Shown here: positions 15,436-25,598 of the stretch, one piece after another
How the letters are laid out: every line of letters starts with the position of its first letter
Numbering within the stretch: the first letter of the stretch is position 1
NCBI GenBank assembly: GCA_036149055.1
Contig: JAYZQJ010000106.1
Location: 1-43,338 of the forward strand
DNA: 43,338 nucleotides
Reading direction: 5' to 3'
DNA from: Myxococcota bacterium
GTDB taxonomy: Bacteria; Myxococcota_A; Polyangia; Polyangiales; Sandaracinaceae
Translations under genes and position numbers: made by a program
Notes under the pieces: generated by a model
Databases searched by the model: none
Told to the model about the DNA's origin: nothing
The model's input: only the letters and a program-made list of their open reading frames with translations

Positions 15436-18330
15436 ATGAGATCGACCTGGAGAGCTTGGATGCTCGTGGTCGCGTGGGCTGCGTTGGCAGCGGCGTGCGA
15501 CGGCGAGACCATGGAGACGGACGCGGGTCCGGACGACGGCGGAATCGTCATGGACGGCGACACCACCGATCCGTGCGACGACGTGACGACGTGCGCGACC
15601 GCCGGCAGCTCGTGCAGCGGCGACGAGGTCGTGACGTGCGCGCCCAACGCGGACGGCTGTCTGGTGGAGACCACCACCGACTGCGCCGCGATGGATCGCA
15701 CCTGTGACGACTCGGGCGCGGACGCGATGTGCGTGACCCCCGACCCGTGCGAGGCCATCCCGGCCGCGGACCGCTGCGACACCGAGGGCCGGAGCTGCGA
15801 CGGCGACACCCTCGAGATCTGCGCGGCCAACGAAGACGGCTGCCTCGTGCGCGAGGCGACCGACTGCGCGGCGATGGAGGGCGGCGCCTGCGACACCTCC
15901 GGCGCGATGCCGATGTGCGTGCTCCCCGAGGACCCTTGCGCCGGCGTGGCCGACGCGTGCGCGGCCGAGGGCACCTCGTGTGACGGCGACTCCCTCGTGA
16001 CCTGCGAGCCGAACGCCTTCGGCTGCCTGGTCGAGACCCGTGACGACTGCTCCGCGCGCGCGAGCGGCACCTGCGACGCCTCCGGCGCGGCCGCCCAGTG
16101 CACCTTCACCGGCGATCCCTGCGACGGCATCACCCAGTGCGCGGCCGCCGGCGCGAGCTGCGACGGCCCGACCCTCGTGGAGTGCGAGGCGGACGCCTAC
16201 GGCTGCCTCGTGGAGACCCGGACCGACTGCACCGACGGCGTGGCCTTCGGCTTCTGCGACACCGACGCCACCCCGGCGGCGATGTGCAGCACCGCGGCCA
16301 CCGACCCCTGCATGGGCGTGACCGAGTGCGCCGCGGCCGGCCGCACCTGCTCGGGCGACTCGCTCGTCAGCTGCGAGGCGAACGCCTTCGGCTGCCTGGT
16401 GGAGTCGACCACCGACTGCGCCGCGACCAGCGAGTCGTGCGGCGAGCTCGACGGCGTGAACGTCTGCGCGCCGGTCTGCGACTTCCGCGCGACCTGCCCG
16501 TCGGCGACCTACTGCGACGGCGCCGACGTGGTGACCTGCACGCCCGACGCCGACAGCTGCCTCGTCGAGGACAGCCGCTCCACCTGCACCGGCGCCTGCG
16601 ACGCGGCCGCCTGCGTGGGCAACTGCACCTCCGCCGCGCCGGTCGTGATCGACTGCGCGAGCGGCACGGTCAGCGGCGACACCGCCATGGGCGGCGCCAC
16701 CATCGGGGCGTACTCGGGCTGCACCTCGCTGACGAGCTACGGCGCCAACGAGCAGGTCTTCGTCTTCCGCAACGCGACGCGCGCGGCGGTCGAGATCGCC
16801 TCGACCCGCGGCGCCGCGTCCGGTGACTACGATCTCTTCGTGCTCGATGCCGGCGACGGCACCGCCGCCTGCGAGAGCGGACTGACCTGCCTCGCCGGCA
16901 GCACCGGCACTGGCGCCACGGAGCAGGCGGAGTTCGTCGCCGAGGCCGGCGCGCTCTACTACGTCGTGTACGACCTGTACAACGACACCTCGACGTCCAC
17001 CTTCGACCTCGCCGTGACCTGCGCGCCGATCGTCTGCGGCGACGGCGTGGTCAACGGCGACGAGGAGTGCGACGACGGCGCGACCGCCACCGGCGACGGC
17101 TGCTCGGACACCTGCACCGTCGAGAGCGGGTTCTCCTGCTCGGGCGCTCCGTCCAGCTGCACGGCCCTCCCGATGAACGATGACTGCTCGGGCGCGGTGG
17201 CTCTCACCGCGAACGACGCCGCGCTGACGCCGGACCTCGCCCTCGGCGGCACGCGCCCGAGCGGAACCGACTGCGGTAGCGGGTTCGGGAACGTGCTCTG
17301 GTACGCGGTGACGGTCCCGGCCGGCTCGAGCACCACGTTCTCCGCCAACCCGACCGGGTCCACCGACCTCACCCTGCACGTGCTCGAGGCCTGCGGCGCG
17401 CCCAGCTGCCTCGACTTCGAGGACGGCGGCAACCCGGAGGAGGTCGTGCTCGTCAACGGCACCGCGTCGGACGTCGTCCGCTACGTGGCGGTCGGGGCGT
17501 ACTTCTCGTCCGGCAGCGGCACCGTGGACGTCACCACCACCGCGCCGGTCTGCGGCGACGGTACGGTCGAGGGCCTCGAGGACTGTGACGACGGCAACAC
17601 CACCGCGGGCGACGGCTGCTCCGACACCTGCGAGCTCGAGCCCGGCTACGTCTGCGGCGGCGCGCCCTCGATGTGCGAGCTCGCGTGCGGCAACGGCGTC
17701 GTCGATCGCTTCCTGGGCGAGCAGTGCGACGACGGCGGCACCGCCACCGGCGACGGCTGCTCCGACACCTGCGCCTTCGAGGCCGGGTACTACTGCGAGG
17801 GCACCCCGTCGGTCTGCAGCATGGTGATGTGCGGTGACTCCACCGTCGACGCCGGCGAGAGCTGCGACGACGGCAACACCACCGTGGGGGACGGCTGCTC
17901 CGGCAACTGCGCCCTCGAGATCGCGGCGAGCGGGATGATGATCACCGCGAGCGGCGCCCTCGAGGCCACCGACCCCACGTTCTCGCGCCCCTTCGCGGAC
18001 TGCACCGCGCGCGGCACGGCGGGGCACTACTACGACGCCGTCGTGATCGAGAACACCTCGGGCAGCGACCAGACCCTGGACATCACGGCGACGTGGATGA
18101 CGGGGACGGGCTCGACGCGCGACGGCTTCTTGCACGTCTACGACTACCCGTTCAACCCCACCCAGCCCGTCGACGCGTGCGTGACGGGTGACGATGACGG
18201 CCCCGTGGCGGGCACCAGTCAGGTCACCGGCGTCTCCATCGCCGCGGGCCAGCGCCTCGTCGTCGTGCTGTCGACGTTCGCGGCGGGGGCCACCATCGGC
18301 TCCTACGACCTCGACGTCGCGACCAACTGA
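15436..18330 (+). CDS. Large Cys-rich surface lipoprotein with DUF4215 (myxococcus cysteine-rich) repeats and PPC-like domains
   Basis: Lipobox LAAAC; six N-terminal Cys-rich repeats; four CG[DN]GxV...E.CDDG....GDGCS..C repeats; beta-rich DYDLFVL and SYDLDV domains. Confidence 0.85.
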   Translation: MRSTWRAWMLVVAWAALAAACDGETMETDAGPDDGGIVMDGDTTDPCDDVTTCATAGSSCSGDEVVTCAPNADGCLVETTTDCAAMDRTCDDSGADAMCVTPDPCEAIPAADRCDTEGRSCDGDTLEICAANEDGCLVREATDCAAMEGGACDTSGAMPMCVLPEDPCAGVADACAAEGTSCDGDSLVTCEPNAFGCLVETRDDCSARASGTCDASGAAAQCTFTGDPCDGITQCAAAGASCDGPTLVECEADAYGCLVETRTDCTDGVAFGFCDTDATPAAMCSTAATDPCMGVTECAAAGRTCSGDSLVSCEANAFGCLVESTTDCAATSESCGELDGVNVCAPVCDFRATCPSATYCDGADVVTCTPDADSCLVEDSRSTCTGACDAAACVGNCTSAAPVVIDCASGTVSGDTAMGGATIGAYSGCTSLTSYGANEQVFVFRNATRAAVEIASTRGAASGDYDLFVLDAGDGTAACESGLTCLAGSTGTGATEQAEFVAEAGALYYVVYDLYNDTSTSTFDLAVTCAPIVCGDGVVNGDEECDDGATATGDGCSDTCTVESGFSCSGAPSSCTALPMNDDCSGAVALTANDAALTPDLALGGTRPSGTDCGSGFGNVLWYAVTVPAGSSTTFSANPTGSTDLTLHVLEACGAPSCLDFEDGGNPEEVVLVNGTASDVVRYVAVGAYFSSGSGTVDVTTTAPVCGDGTVEGLEDCDDGNTTAGDGCSDTCELEPGYVCGGAPSMCELACGNGVVDRFLGEQCDDGGTATGDGCSDTCAFEAGYYCEGTPSVCSMVMCGDSTVDAGESCDDGNTTVGDGCSGNCALEIAASGMMITASGALEATDPTFSRPFADCTARGTAGHYYDAVVIENTSGSDQTLDITATWMTGTGSTRDGFLHVYDYPFNPTQPVDACVTGDDDGPVAGTSQVTGVSIAAGQRLVVVLSTFAAGATIGSYDLDVATN

Positions 18331-18348
18331 TCGTCGCGCGCTCGAGTC

Positions 18349-18381
18349 GACGCCCCCGCGGCCACGCGCTGCGGGGGCGTC
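18349..18381. terminator. Bidirectional terminator-like hairpin between convergent genes
   Basis: gacgcccccgcggc-cacgc-gctgcgggggcgtc. Confidence 0.7.
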
Positions 18382-18391
18382 TCTCGTTCCG

Positions 18392-20275
18392 TCAGCTCGT
18401 CGCCCGCTCGCTCGCCTCGCGCAGGAGCGCGGTGATGCGACGGTTGAAGGTCGCCGGGTCGTCGAGCGGGCTGCCCTCGGCGATCTTCGCCTGGTCGTGC
18501 AGCAGCGCGATCCACTCGTCGACCTTCTCGACGGCCTTGGCCTCCTCGAGCATCTTGCGGAGGTTCTCGATCACCGGGTGGTCCGGGTTGATCTCGAGCA
18601 CCCGCTTCTGCTCCGGCATGTCCTTCTGCGCCGCCCGGAGGATGCGCTCGAGGTGGGGCTGGAGGCCGCCCTGGGGGATGACGAGGCAGACCGGCGAGTC
18701 CGTCAGGCGGGTGGAGACCCGCACCTCGCTGACCACGTCCTGGAGCTTAACCCGGAAGCGCTCGCGCAGGTCGCGGAGCTGCGACTGCCGCTCCTCGTCC
18801 ACCGCCTCCTCGTCGCCGACGTCGAGCTCGCCCTCGGACGCCGACTCCACCGGGGTGCCGTCCCACTCGGTGATGACGCTCATCACGAACGGGTCGACCG
18901 GGTCGGTGCAGTAGAGGACCTCGTAGCCCTTCTTCTTCAGGGCCTCGATGTGCGGGCTCGCCTCGACCTGCTTCTTCGACTCGCCGATGACGTAGTAGAG
19001 GGCCTTCTGCCCCTCCTTCATGCGCTCCTTCGCCTCGGCGAGGGAGGTGAGCCCGTCCTGGGACGAGCTCTCGAAGCGGAGCAGCGGCTTGAGCGCGTCG
19101 GCCTGCTCGGGCTCCATGTGCAGGCCCTCCTTGAGGATCGGGCCGAACTGCTGCCAGAACGCCGCGTAGTCCTCGGGCCGCTCCTTCGCGAGCTCCTCGA
19201 GCAGGTCGAGGGTCTGCTTGACGATCTGCTTTCGGATCGTGCGCACGATGCGCGAGTCCTGGAGCAGCTCGCGGCTGACGTTGAGCGAGAGGTCCTCGCT
19301 GTCGACCACGCCGCGCGCGAAGCGCAGCCAGCGGGGCAGCAGCTCCTCGGCGTCGTCCATGATGAAGACGCGCTTCACGTAGAGCCGCACGCCGTGGGTC
19401 GCCTCCGGCATCCACAGCGTCATCGGCGCCACCTTGGGCAGGAACACGATGCCGGCGAACTGCAGGGTCCCCTCGAGCTTGAAGTGCCGCCACGCGAGCG
19501 GCTTCTCCCAGTCGTTCGTCAGGTGGTGGTAGAGCTCGACGTACTGCTCGTCCTCGACGTCGGCCTTCGGGCGCTGCCAGAGCGCGGTGCCCTTGTTGAT
19601 CGCCTCGAACGTCGTCTCGTAGGAGTCGTCGACCTTCTTGGTCGTCCGGAGCTCGATGGGCCAGCTGAGGTAGTCGCTGTAGCGCTCGACCAGCCGCCGC
19701 AGGGTCACCGGGTCCAGGTAATCCTGGTGCTCCGCGCCGAGGTGCAGCACGACGCTGGTGCCGTGCGTGTCGCGCTCGGCGGGCTCGACGGTGAACTCGC
19801 CCTTGCCCTCCGAGGTCCAGCGGAAGGCCTCCTCCGCGCCCGCGGCGCGGCTGACGACCTCCACCCGATCGGCGACCAGGTAGGCGCTGTAGAAGCCGAC
19901 GCCGAACTGGCCGATCAGCGAGACGTCGCCCGCCTCCTTGGCCTCCTTCAGCTTCTGCGCGAGCTCCCGGGTGCCGCTCTTGGCGATGGTCCCGAGGTTT
20001 TGGGTCAGCTCCTCGCGGGTCATCCCGACGCCCGAATCCCAGACGGTGAGCGTCTTCTGCTCACGGTCCGGGATCAGGCGGATCTTCAGCTCCGCGTCCT
20101 TCAGCGCCGGCTCGGTCACCGCGCGGAAGCGCAGCTTGTCCAGGGCGTCGGCCGCGTTCGAGACGAGCTCGCGGAGGAAGACCTCACGGTTCGAGTAGAG
20201 GGACTCGATGACGAGGCGGAGGACTTGCTCGACCTCCGCCTCGAAGCGATGGGTGGTCTTGTCGGTTTCCGTCAT
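18392..20275 (-). CDS. htpG: Molecular chaperone HtpG (Hsp90)
   Basis: SLYSNREVFLRELVSNAADA, NLGTIAKSGT, IGQFGVGFYS, LNVSRELLQ and LEINPDHP. Confidence 0.97.
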   Translation of the reverse strand: MTETDKTTHRFEAEVEQVLRLVIESLYSNREVFLRELVSNAADALDKLRFRAVTEPALKDAELKIRLIPDREQKTLTVWDSGVGMTREELTQNLGTIAKSGTRELAQKLKEAKEAGDVSLIGQFGVGFYSAYLVADRVEVVSRAAGAEEAFRWTSEGKGEFTVEPAERDTHGTSVVLHLGAEHQDYLDPVTLRRLVERYSDYLSWPIELRTTKKVDDSYETTFEAINKGTALWQRPKADVEDEQYVELYHHLTNDWEKPLAWRHFKLEGTLQFAGIVFLPKVAPMTLWMPEATHGVRLYVKRVFIMDDAEELLPRWLRFARGVVDSEDLSLNVSRELLQDSRIVRTIRKQIVKQTLDLLEELAKERPEDYAAFWQQFGPILKEGLHMEPEQADALKPLLRFESSSQDGLTSLAEAKERMKEGQKALYYVIGESKKQVEASPHIEALKKKGYEVLYCTDPVDPFVMSVITEWDGTPVESASEGELDVGDEEAVDEERQSQLRDLRERFRVKLQDVVSEVRVSTRLTDSPVCLVIPQGGLQPHLERILRAAQKDMPEQKRVLEINPDHPVIENLRKMLEEAKAVEKVDEWIALLHDQAKIAEGSPLDDPATFNRRITALLREASERATS

Positions 20276-20308
20276 GTCGGCCGGAAATTGGCCATGTGAC
20301 GGGGGCTG

Positions 20309-21175
20309 TCAAGCGTCGGCGGCCTGGGTCCGGTACGGGCCGCCGCTCGCGGGCAGATCCGCCGGCGGCTCGGTGCGGAAGCGCGTGCGGATCAGCGCCC
20401 CGAGCCCGAGGCAGGCGAAGGCGATCGTGGCCAGGCTGCCGACCGTCGGCACGATGGACGCCACGTAGAGCACCCCGACCCCGAGCGCGAGCTGGAGCAC
20501 CTCCTGGCCGCGCAGCCCCTCGAAGGGCAGGGCCGCGCCGATGACGGTGGCCGCGGCGGCGAGCCCCACGTAGGTGGCCACCGGGAGCGCGAGGCCGAGC
20601 ACCACCGCGGCCGGGATGCCCACGATCGTGATGGCGAGGACCACGATCGCGACGCCCGCGATGACGTAGCCGAGCAGCCCGGTGCCCGCGGTCTTCAGGC
20701 CGTCGGTGATCATGGTGGCCTGCATGGCGCGGAGCCGCTCGCGGAACGGGCCGAGGAGCAGCGGCCCGAGCAGGAAGAGCAGCACGTGGGCGACGAAGGA
20801 GCGCACCGACTCGCCGAGCCAGTCCCAGAACCCGCCGAGCGGGCCGGCGTCGACGTGGGAGGCGTCGCCGCCGAACGAGACCGCGTCGCCTTCGGCGCGC
20901 TGCGCGCCCCGCACGTCGCCCCCGAAGGTCACGGTGTCGCCGCGGACCGCCCCGCCCTCGCGCAGGTCGACGCCGCCGCCGAACGACACCGCGTCCCCGA
21001 GGACCTCGCCCTCGACGACGACGTCCCCGCCGAACGAGACGGCGTCGTTCACCACCTCGCCGGCGCCCACGTGCACGTCTTCACCGAAGCGGACGCGATC
21101 GCGCGGGCCGTCGGCGAGCGCCACCGCCGGGACGAGGAGAGTCAGAACACAGAGCGCGGACCAGAGCTTCTTCAC
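20309..21175 (-). CDS. Membrane protein with bactofilin-like (polymer-forming) beta-repeat N-terminus
   Basis: Signal peptide, repeated D[A/T]V[S/T]FGG[D/G] units, several TM helices, C-terminal GGPYR. Start trimmed to GTG 21175. Confidence 0.75.
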   Translation of the reverse strand: MKKLWSALCVLTLLVPAVALADGPRDRVRFGEDVHVGAGEVVNDAVSFGGDVVVEGEVLGDAVSFGGGVDLREGGAVRGDTVTFGGDVRGAQRAEGDAVSFGGDASHVDAGPLGGFWDWLGESVRSFVAHVLLFLLGPLLLGPFRERLRAMQATMITDGLKTAGTGLLGYVIAGVAIVVLAITIVGIPAAVVLGLALPVATYVGLAAAATVIGAALPFEGLRGQEVLQLALGVGVLYVASIVPTVGSLATIAFACLGLGALIRTRFRTEPPADLPASGGPYRTQAADA

Positions 21176-21295
21176 GCAGCCATCCCCCGCCGCCTCGAGA
21201 GGCGGCTCTTCATCGGGCACCAGGACGGCGACCGCGGTCGCCGGAGGCGGCACCGTCGCCGCCTTCGTCCGGTCCCTACGGGGGGTCCGCGCTCG

Positions 21296-21649
21296 CTATT
21301 TCACCTGGAGCGAGGCCTCGGGCCACGCGCGGGCCAGCCACCGCAGCGGCTTCTCCTCGTCGTCGGTCACGCCGTCCGAGGCGGCCACGCTGACCAGGCG
21401 CCGGAGGATGCGGCTCTGGGCGTCCACCCGCTCGATCGAGGCGGCGTGCTCCTTGAGCGCGGCGAGGCTCGTGAAGCGCTCGGTCGCGATCCCGACCGCG
21501 ACGTCGAAGCGGGACGCGCCCATCTCCTCGCGGAGCTTCTTCATCTCGCCGCGCTCGGCCGGCGAGTACTCGCCGTCCGCCCGCACGACGGCTCGCATCA
21601 GGCCCAGGAGGGCGAGGTCTTCATCGACGCTGAAGTCGGACAAGTCCAT
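21296..21649 (-). CDS. TerB family (tellurite resistance-like) protein
   Basis: VVRADGEYSPAE and VAASDGVTDDEEKPL paired motifs. Confidence 0.75.
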   Translation of the reverse strand: MDLSDFSVDEDLALLGLMRAVVRADGEYSPAERGEMKKLREEMGASRFDVAVGIATERFTSLAALKEHAASIERVDAQSRILRRLVSVAASDGVTDDEEKPLRWLARAWPEASLQVK

Positions 21650-21724
21650 GCGCGGACCGTACCCTCCGGGGCCGCGTGACGCCATCCGGGGACACCCCGG
21701 ACCGCGGCGCGGTACCCTGGGCGC

Positions 21725-22018
21725 ATGAGCGACTTCACCGTCACCCACTCCGAGGACGAGACCCGCGGGCGCTTCACCCTCCTCCGCGACGCGGAGCAGC
21801 TCGGCATGATGACCTACAGCCGCGCGGACGAGGACCTCATCATCGTCGACCACACGGAGACCGACGACGCGATCGCGGGGCAGGGCGGCGGCAAGGCGCT
21901 CTTCCACGCGATGGTCGCGTGGGCCCGCGAGTCCGGCACCCGCGTGATGGCCACCTGCCCCTTCGCCCTCGCGATGTTCCGCAAGGACCCTTCGAGCCGC
22001 GACGTCTACGCCGGGTGA
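21725..22018 (+). CDS. GNAT family N-acetyltransferase (YjdJ-like)
   Basis: IIVDHTET...GQGGGKAL...ATCPFA. Confidence 0.88.
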   Translation: MSDFTVTHSEDETRGRFTLLRDAEQLGMMTYSRADEDLIIVDHTETDDAIAGQGGGKALFHAMVAWARESGTRVMATCPFALAMFRKDPSSRDVYAG

Positions 22019-22031
22019 GCCGGCGGCGGCT

Positions 22032-22649
22032 TCAATCGCGCGACTTCAGGCGGGGCGGCTTGCGCTTGATCAGCGGGAGGCCCGCCTGGCTGTCGACCTG
22101 GGTGCGGGCCGCGTTCATCGTGGCGACGCCGCCCGAGACGATGAAGGCCATGAACTGCGCGCTGTCCGCGTCGACCGGCTCGACCATCTCCTTCTTCACG
22201 ATGATCAGGTTGCCGGCGAAGTTGTAGGACTGCGGCAGGTAGACCGCGACGTGCCCGGCGAGGCGCACGTCGTCGAAGCGATCGCAGGTCACGAAGCCGA
22301 AGATGCGCATGTCGGGCTGGACCCGGACCATCACCGGCTTGTCGAAGGAGCGCTTGTCGCCGACGAACGCGCCGAGCAGGTCCTTGATCGACGTGTAGAT
22401 GATGTTGACCACCGGGAGGCCACGCATGCCCGCCTCGACCATCTTGATGACCCGGCGGCCCACCACGTTGTGGGTCAGCGCGCCGACCAGGGTGATCGCC
22501 GTCAGCGTGATCGCGAGCCCGAGCCCCGGGATCGGCAGCGGGTAGAGGCGATCGATGGCGGAGAGGATCCAGACGACGAGCGCGATCGTGCCGCCGAGGG
22601 GGACACAGACGAGCAAGCCCTGGAAGAAGTAGCGAACGATGGTCTTCAT
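22032..22649 (-). CDS. DUF502 family membrane protein
   Basis: FFQGLLVCVP, LPVVNIIYTSIKDL, VAVYLPQSYNFAG and FIVSGG; ATGA-coupled to the sulfatase-like gene. Confidence 0.85.
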   Translation of the reverse strand: MKTIVRYFFQGLLVCVPLGGTIALVVWILSAIDRLYPLPIPGLGLAITLTAITLVGALTHNVVGRRVIKMVEAGMRGLPVVNIIYTSIKDLLGAFVGDKRSFDKPVMVRVQPDMRIFGFVTCDRFDDVRLAGHVAVYLPQSYNFAGNLIIVKKEMVEPVDADSAQFMAFIVSGGVATMNAARTQVDSQAGLPLIKRKPPRLKSRD

Positions 22650-24610
22650 GGCGTGGCCTCGATGAAGCGAAAGCGTCGGCCCTCGAACCGGGCGCGCCGG
22701 TACGCGCGAGCCAGGGGCACCGCGGCGTCGTAGAGCGCCGGCCGCGCCTCGCGGAGATCGTGGCGCTGCAAGGGATCCTCGTAGGAGTCGTAGACCCGGA
22801 CCAGGTCGGCGAAAACGTCGTAGATGACGGTCCGGTCCGGCCAGGCGAGCGCCGCCTCCTGCCCGCGGGGCCCGATCATCTCGCTGACCACCGCGCCGTC
22901 GGTGGCGCGCATCAGGGGGCCGATGTCCTCGCGGAGGGCGCGCTCGGCGGCGGCGCGCTCCTCGGGGGCGCCCCGGAGCAGGAGCCACGGCAGCACGTAG
23001 GCGGTGGAGGTCGGGGCGTCGATCCGGCGCGGGGCGGCGCCGGGCACGCGCACCACGAGCGGGACGTGCACCTGCTCGACGTGCACCGACGAGAGGTGGT
23101 GACGGTGGCCTCGATCCCCGAGCGCCTCGCCGTGGTCCCCGGCCACGACGACCACCGTGCGTTCGAGGTCGACCCGCGCGAGCAGCCGCCCGAGCTGCGC
23201 GTCGAAGTAGGCGAGCTCCGCGTCGTAGGCGTCGCCCTCACCGCGCGGGCGGTAGTCGTCGTGCGGGCTCACGAAGAAGACCAGCCCGAAGTGGCGCGCG
23301 CTCGGCAGCGCCGCGATCGCGAGGTCGGCGATGCGCGCGTCGACGTCGGCGTCGTCGGGATCTCCGCGCTCCTCGGGCACGAGCTGCACCGCGTCGAAGC
23401 CCTGGTCGAGCCCCTCGATGTTCCGGGAGAAGCAGCCCTCGTGATCGTGGCCGACCCAGAAGGTGCGCCGCCCGGCCGCGCGCATCGCCTCGACCGCGGT
23501 CTCCCGCTCGGGCCGGAGCGCGCCGCGCCAGAAGCGAGGGCGGACGTCGAGCTCCGCGAAGGAGGTCGGCGCCATCGCCAGCATGGCCGCGAGCGAAGGG
23601 AACGTGCCGTTCGAGGGCGCCCACGCGCGGGTGAAGGTCCAGGCGTCCTCGGCGAGGCGCGCGAGGTTCGGCGTGGGCCCGTCCGGGCGCGCCAGCGACG
23701 TGCGGTCGAAGCGGGTCGCGTCGACCATCACCAGCAGCACGTCGAGGTCCGCGAGCGGGACGTCGACGTCGGGCAGCCCCGAGCTCCGCGCGAAACGAGC
23801 CCGCGCCTCCGGGTCCGGCGGCAGCGCGCGGTGGGCCGGGACGTCGGTGGGGAGCAGGTGCGCGCGGTCCCGCTCTAGCGCCTCCTTCACCCCGTGGGCC
23901 CGGCCCAGCTCGGTGTAGGCGATGGCGACCGGGCGCGCCCAGGCGCTCGAGGGGAGCTCGAGCCCGCCGAGCAGGATCAGCCCGGCGCCCGCCGCCACCA
24001 AGCCGGCCCGCGCGCGTCGGCCCCAGGCCTGGTCGGACGCCGCGCCCCGCGCGACGAGCGCGAGCGCGAGCCCGAGCGAGAGCCCCACGAAGCAGAGCTG
24101 GAGCGTGCACTGATGCAGCGTCGGGTACTGACCGACGTAGACGACGTAGTGCGCCCGGGCGACGCCGAGGGAGCCCGCCGCCATCAGCAGGCCGAGCCCG
24201 AGGCTGACCCGCCGCCGGCCCTCGACGCGATCGCTGCCCAGCCAGAGGTGCAGGCCCGCGAAGGCGGCGCCAGCGAGCACGAAGCCGAGGGTCGCCGCCA
24301 GGCTGTGGGCGAAGGGCGGGTACTCGATGAGCACCTCGCGGGCGAGCGCGCTCTGGGCGATCCCGAGCCCGATCAGCAGCGCGGGCCTGGCCCTCCCCCG
24401 ATGGGCCAGCGCGGCGGCGGTCAGGCCGAGCGCGGCCGCGGGCACCAGGAACCCGGTCGCGGCGCTGCGCACGAGGTAGCCGAGGGCCGCGAGCAGGCGC
24501 GCGGGCGACGTCGCCTCGAGCGGCAAGCGGGTCAGCTCGAGCGCCGCGAGCGCCACGGCCGCGACCGGCGTCGAGAACAGCAGCGCGCGGGCCCGCATCC
24601 GGGTGCTCAT
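22646..24610 (-). CDS. Membrane-anchored sulfatase-like hydrolase/transferase (alkaline phosphatase superfamily)
   Basis: N-terminal TM helices; VLLVMVDATRFD, TPNL, APSNGTFPS, GDHGE and VHVPLVV. Confidence 0.8.
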   Translation of the reverse strand: MSTRMRARALLFSTPVAAVALAALELTRLPLEATSPARLLAALGYLVRSAATGFLVPAAALGLTAAALAHRGRARPALLIGLGIAQSALAREVLIEYPPFAHSLAATLGFVLAGAAFAGLHLWLGSDRVEGRRRVSLGLGLLMAAGSLGVARAHYVVYVGQYPTLHQCTLQLCFVGLSLGLALALVARGAASDQAWGRRARAGLVAAGAGLILLGGLELPSSAWARPVAIAYTELGRAHGVKEALERDRAHLLPTDVPAHRALPPDPEARARFARSSGLPDVDVPLADLDVLLVMVDATRFDRTSLARPDGPTPNLARLAEDAWTFTRAWAPSNGTFPSLAAMLAMAPTSFAELDVRPRFWRGALRPERETAVEAMRAAGRRTFWVGHDHEGCFSRNIEGLDQGFDAVQLVPEERGDPDDADVDARIADLAIAALPSARHFGLVFFVSPHDDYRPRGEGDAYDAELAYFDAQLGRLLARVDLERTVVVVAGDHGEALGDRGHRHHLSSVHVEQVHVPLVVRVPGAAPRRIDAPTSTAYVLPWLLLRGAPEERAAAERALREDIGPLMRATDGAVVSEMIGPRGQEAALAWPDRTVIYDVFADLVRVYDSYEDPLQRHDLREARPALYDAAVPLARAYRRARFEGRRFRFIEATP

Positions 24611-24656
24611 AGCACGCCTTGAATCCCGGCCCCGGGGACACTACCCCCCGGGCACG

Positions 24657-25598
24657 ATGCTGCGCCGCTTCGCGTGGGGAACGCTCGTCCTGAACCTGGG
24701 GGTCATCCTCTGGGGCGCGTTCGTGCGCGCGACCGGCTCCGGGGCCGGCTGCGGGTCGCACTGGCCGACCTGCAACGGCGAGGTCGTGCCCCGCGCGCCC
24801 AGCGTCGAGACGATGATCGAGCTGACCCATCGGCTCACGAGCGGGCTGGCCCTGATCGCGGTGCTGGCGATGACCGTGCTCGCCTTCCGGGGCCGGCCGA
24901 AGGGCCACCCGATGCGACCGGCCGCGGTGGCGTCGCTGGTGTTCATCCTGCTCGAGGCGGCGATCGGGGCCGGCATCGTGCTGCTCGAGCACGTGGCCGA
25001 CGATCAGTCGGTCGCCCGGGTCTGGTGGATGGGCGCCCACCTCGTGAACACCTTCCTGCTCGTCGGCGCGCTCGGGCTGACCGCCTGGCTCTCCCCCGAG
25101 GACGCGCGCCGCCCGAAGCTCGCCGGTCAGGGCGCGGCGCTCGGCGTCGTCGTCGCCGCGCTCTTCGCCATCCTCGCCGTCGGGGTCACCGGCGCGGTGA
25201 CGGCGCTCGGCGACACGCTCTTCCCCTCCGCGAGCGTGAGCGAGGGCATCGCGGAGGACTTCTCGGCCACCGCGCACTTCCTCGTGCGGCTGCGGATCTG
25301 GCACCCGATCGCGGCCGCGCTCAGCGGCGCCTTCGTGGTCGGGGCCGCGGTCTGGGTCGCGCTCCGGCGGCGGAGCCCGGAGACCAAGCGCATCGCGCTC
25401 TTCGTCGTCGGCCTGTTCCTGGCCCAGCTCGCGGGCGGCTTCCTGAACCTCGCCCTGCTCGCGCCGGTCTGGATGCAGCTCGTGCATCTGTTGATGGCCG
25501 ACCTGCTCTGGCTCTCGATCGTGCTGCTCGGCGCGAGCGCCCTCGCCTCGCCCGAGACGCCGGTGGCCCGGGTCGAGCCGGCCCTCACTTCCGCCTGA
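24657..25598 (+). CDS. ctaA: Heme A synthase (COX15/CtaA)
   Basis: GAFVRATGSGAGCGSHWPTCNG, IELTHR, several TM His motifs. Confidence 0.88.
   Translation: MLRRFAWGTLVLNLGVILWGAFVRATGSGAGCGSHWPTCNGEVVPRAPSVETMIELTHRLTSGLALIAVLAMTVLAFRGRPKGHPMRPAAVASLVFILLEAAIGAGIVLLEHVADDQSVARVWWMGAHLVNTFLLVGALGLTAWLSPEDARRPKLAGQGAALGVVVAALFAILAVGVTGAVTALGDTLFPSASVSEGIAEDFSATAHFLVRLRIWHPIAAALSGAFVVGAAVWVALRRRSPETKRIALFVVGLFLAQLAGGFLNLALLAPVWMQLVHLLMADLLWLSIVLLGASALASPETPVARVEPALTSA

Noticed and set aside
15310..18135. Long antisense ORFs (also 18188-20299, 29665-32352, 39116-42259)
   Set aside because: Shadow frames of high-GC genes on the opposite strand.
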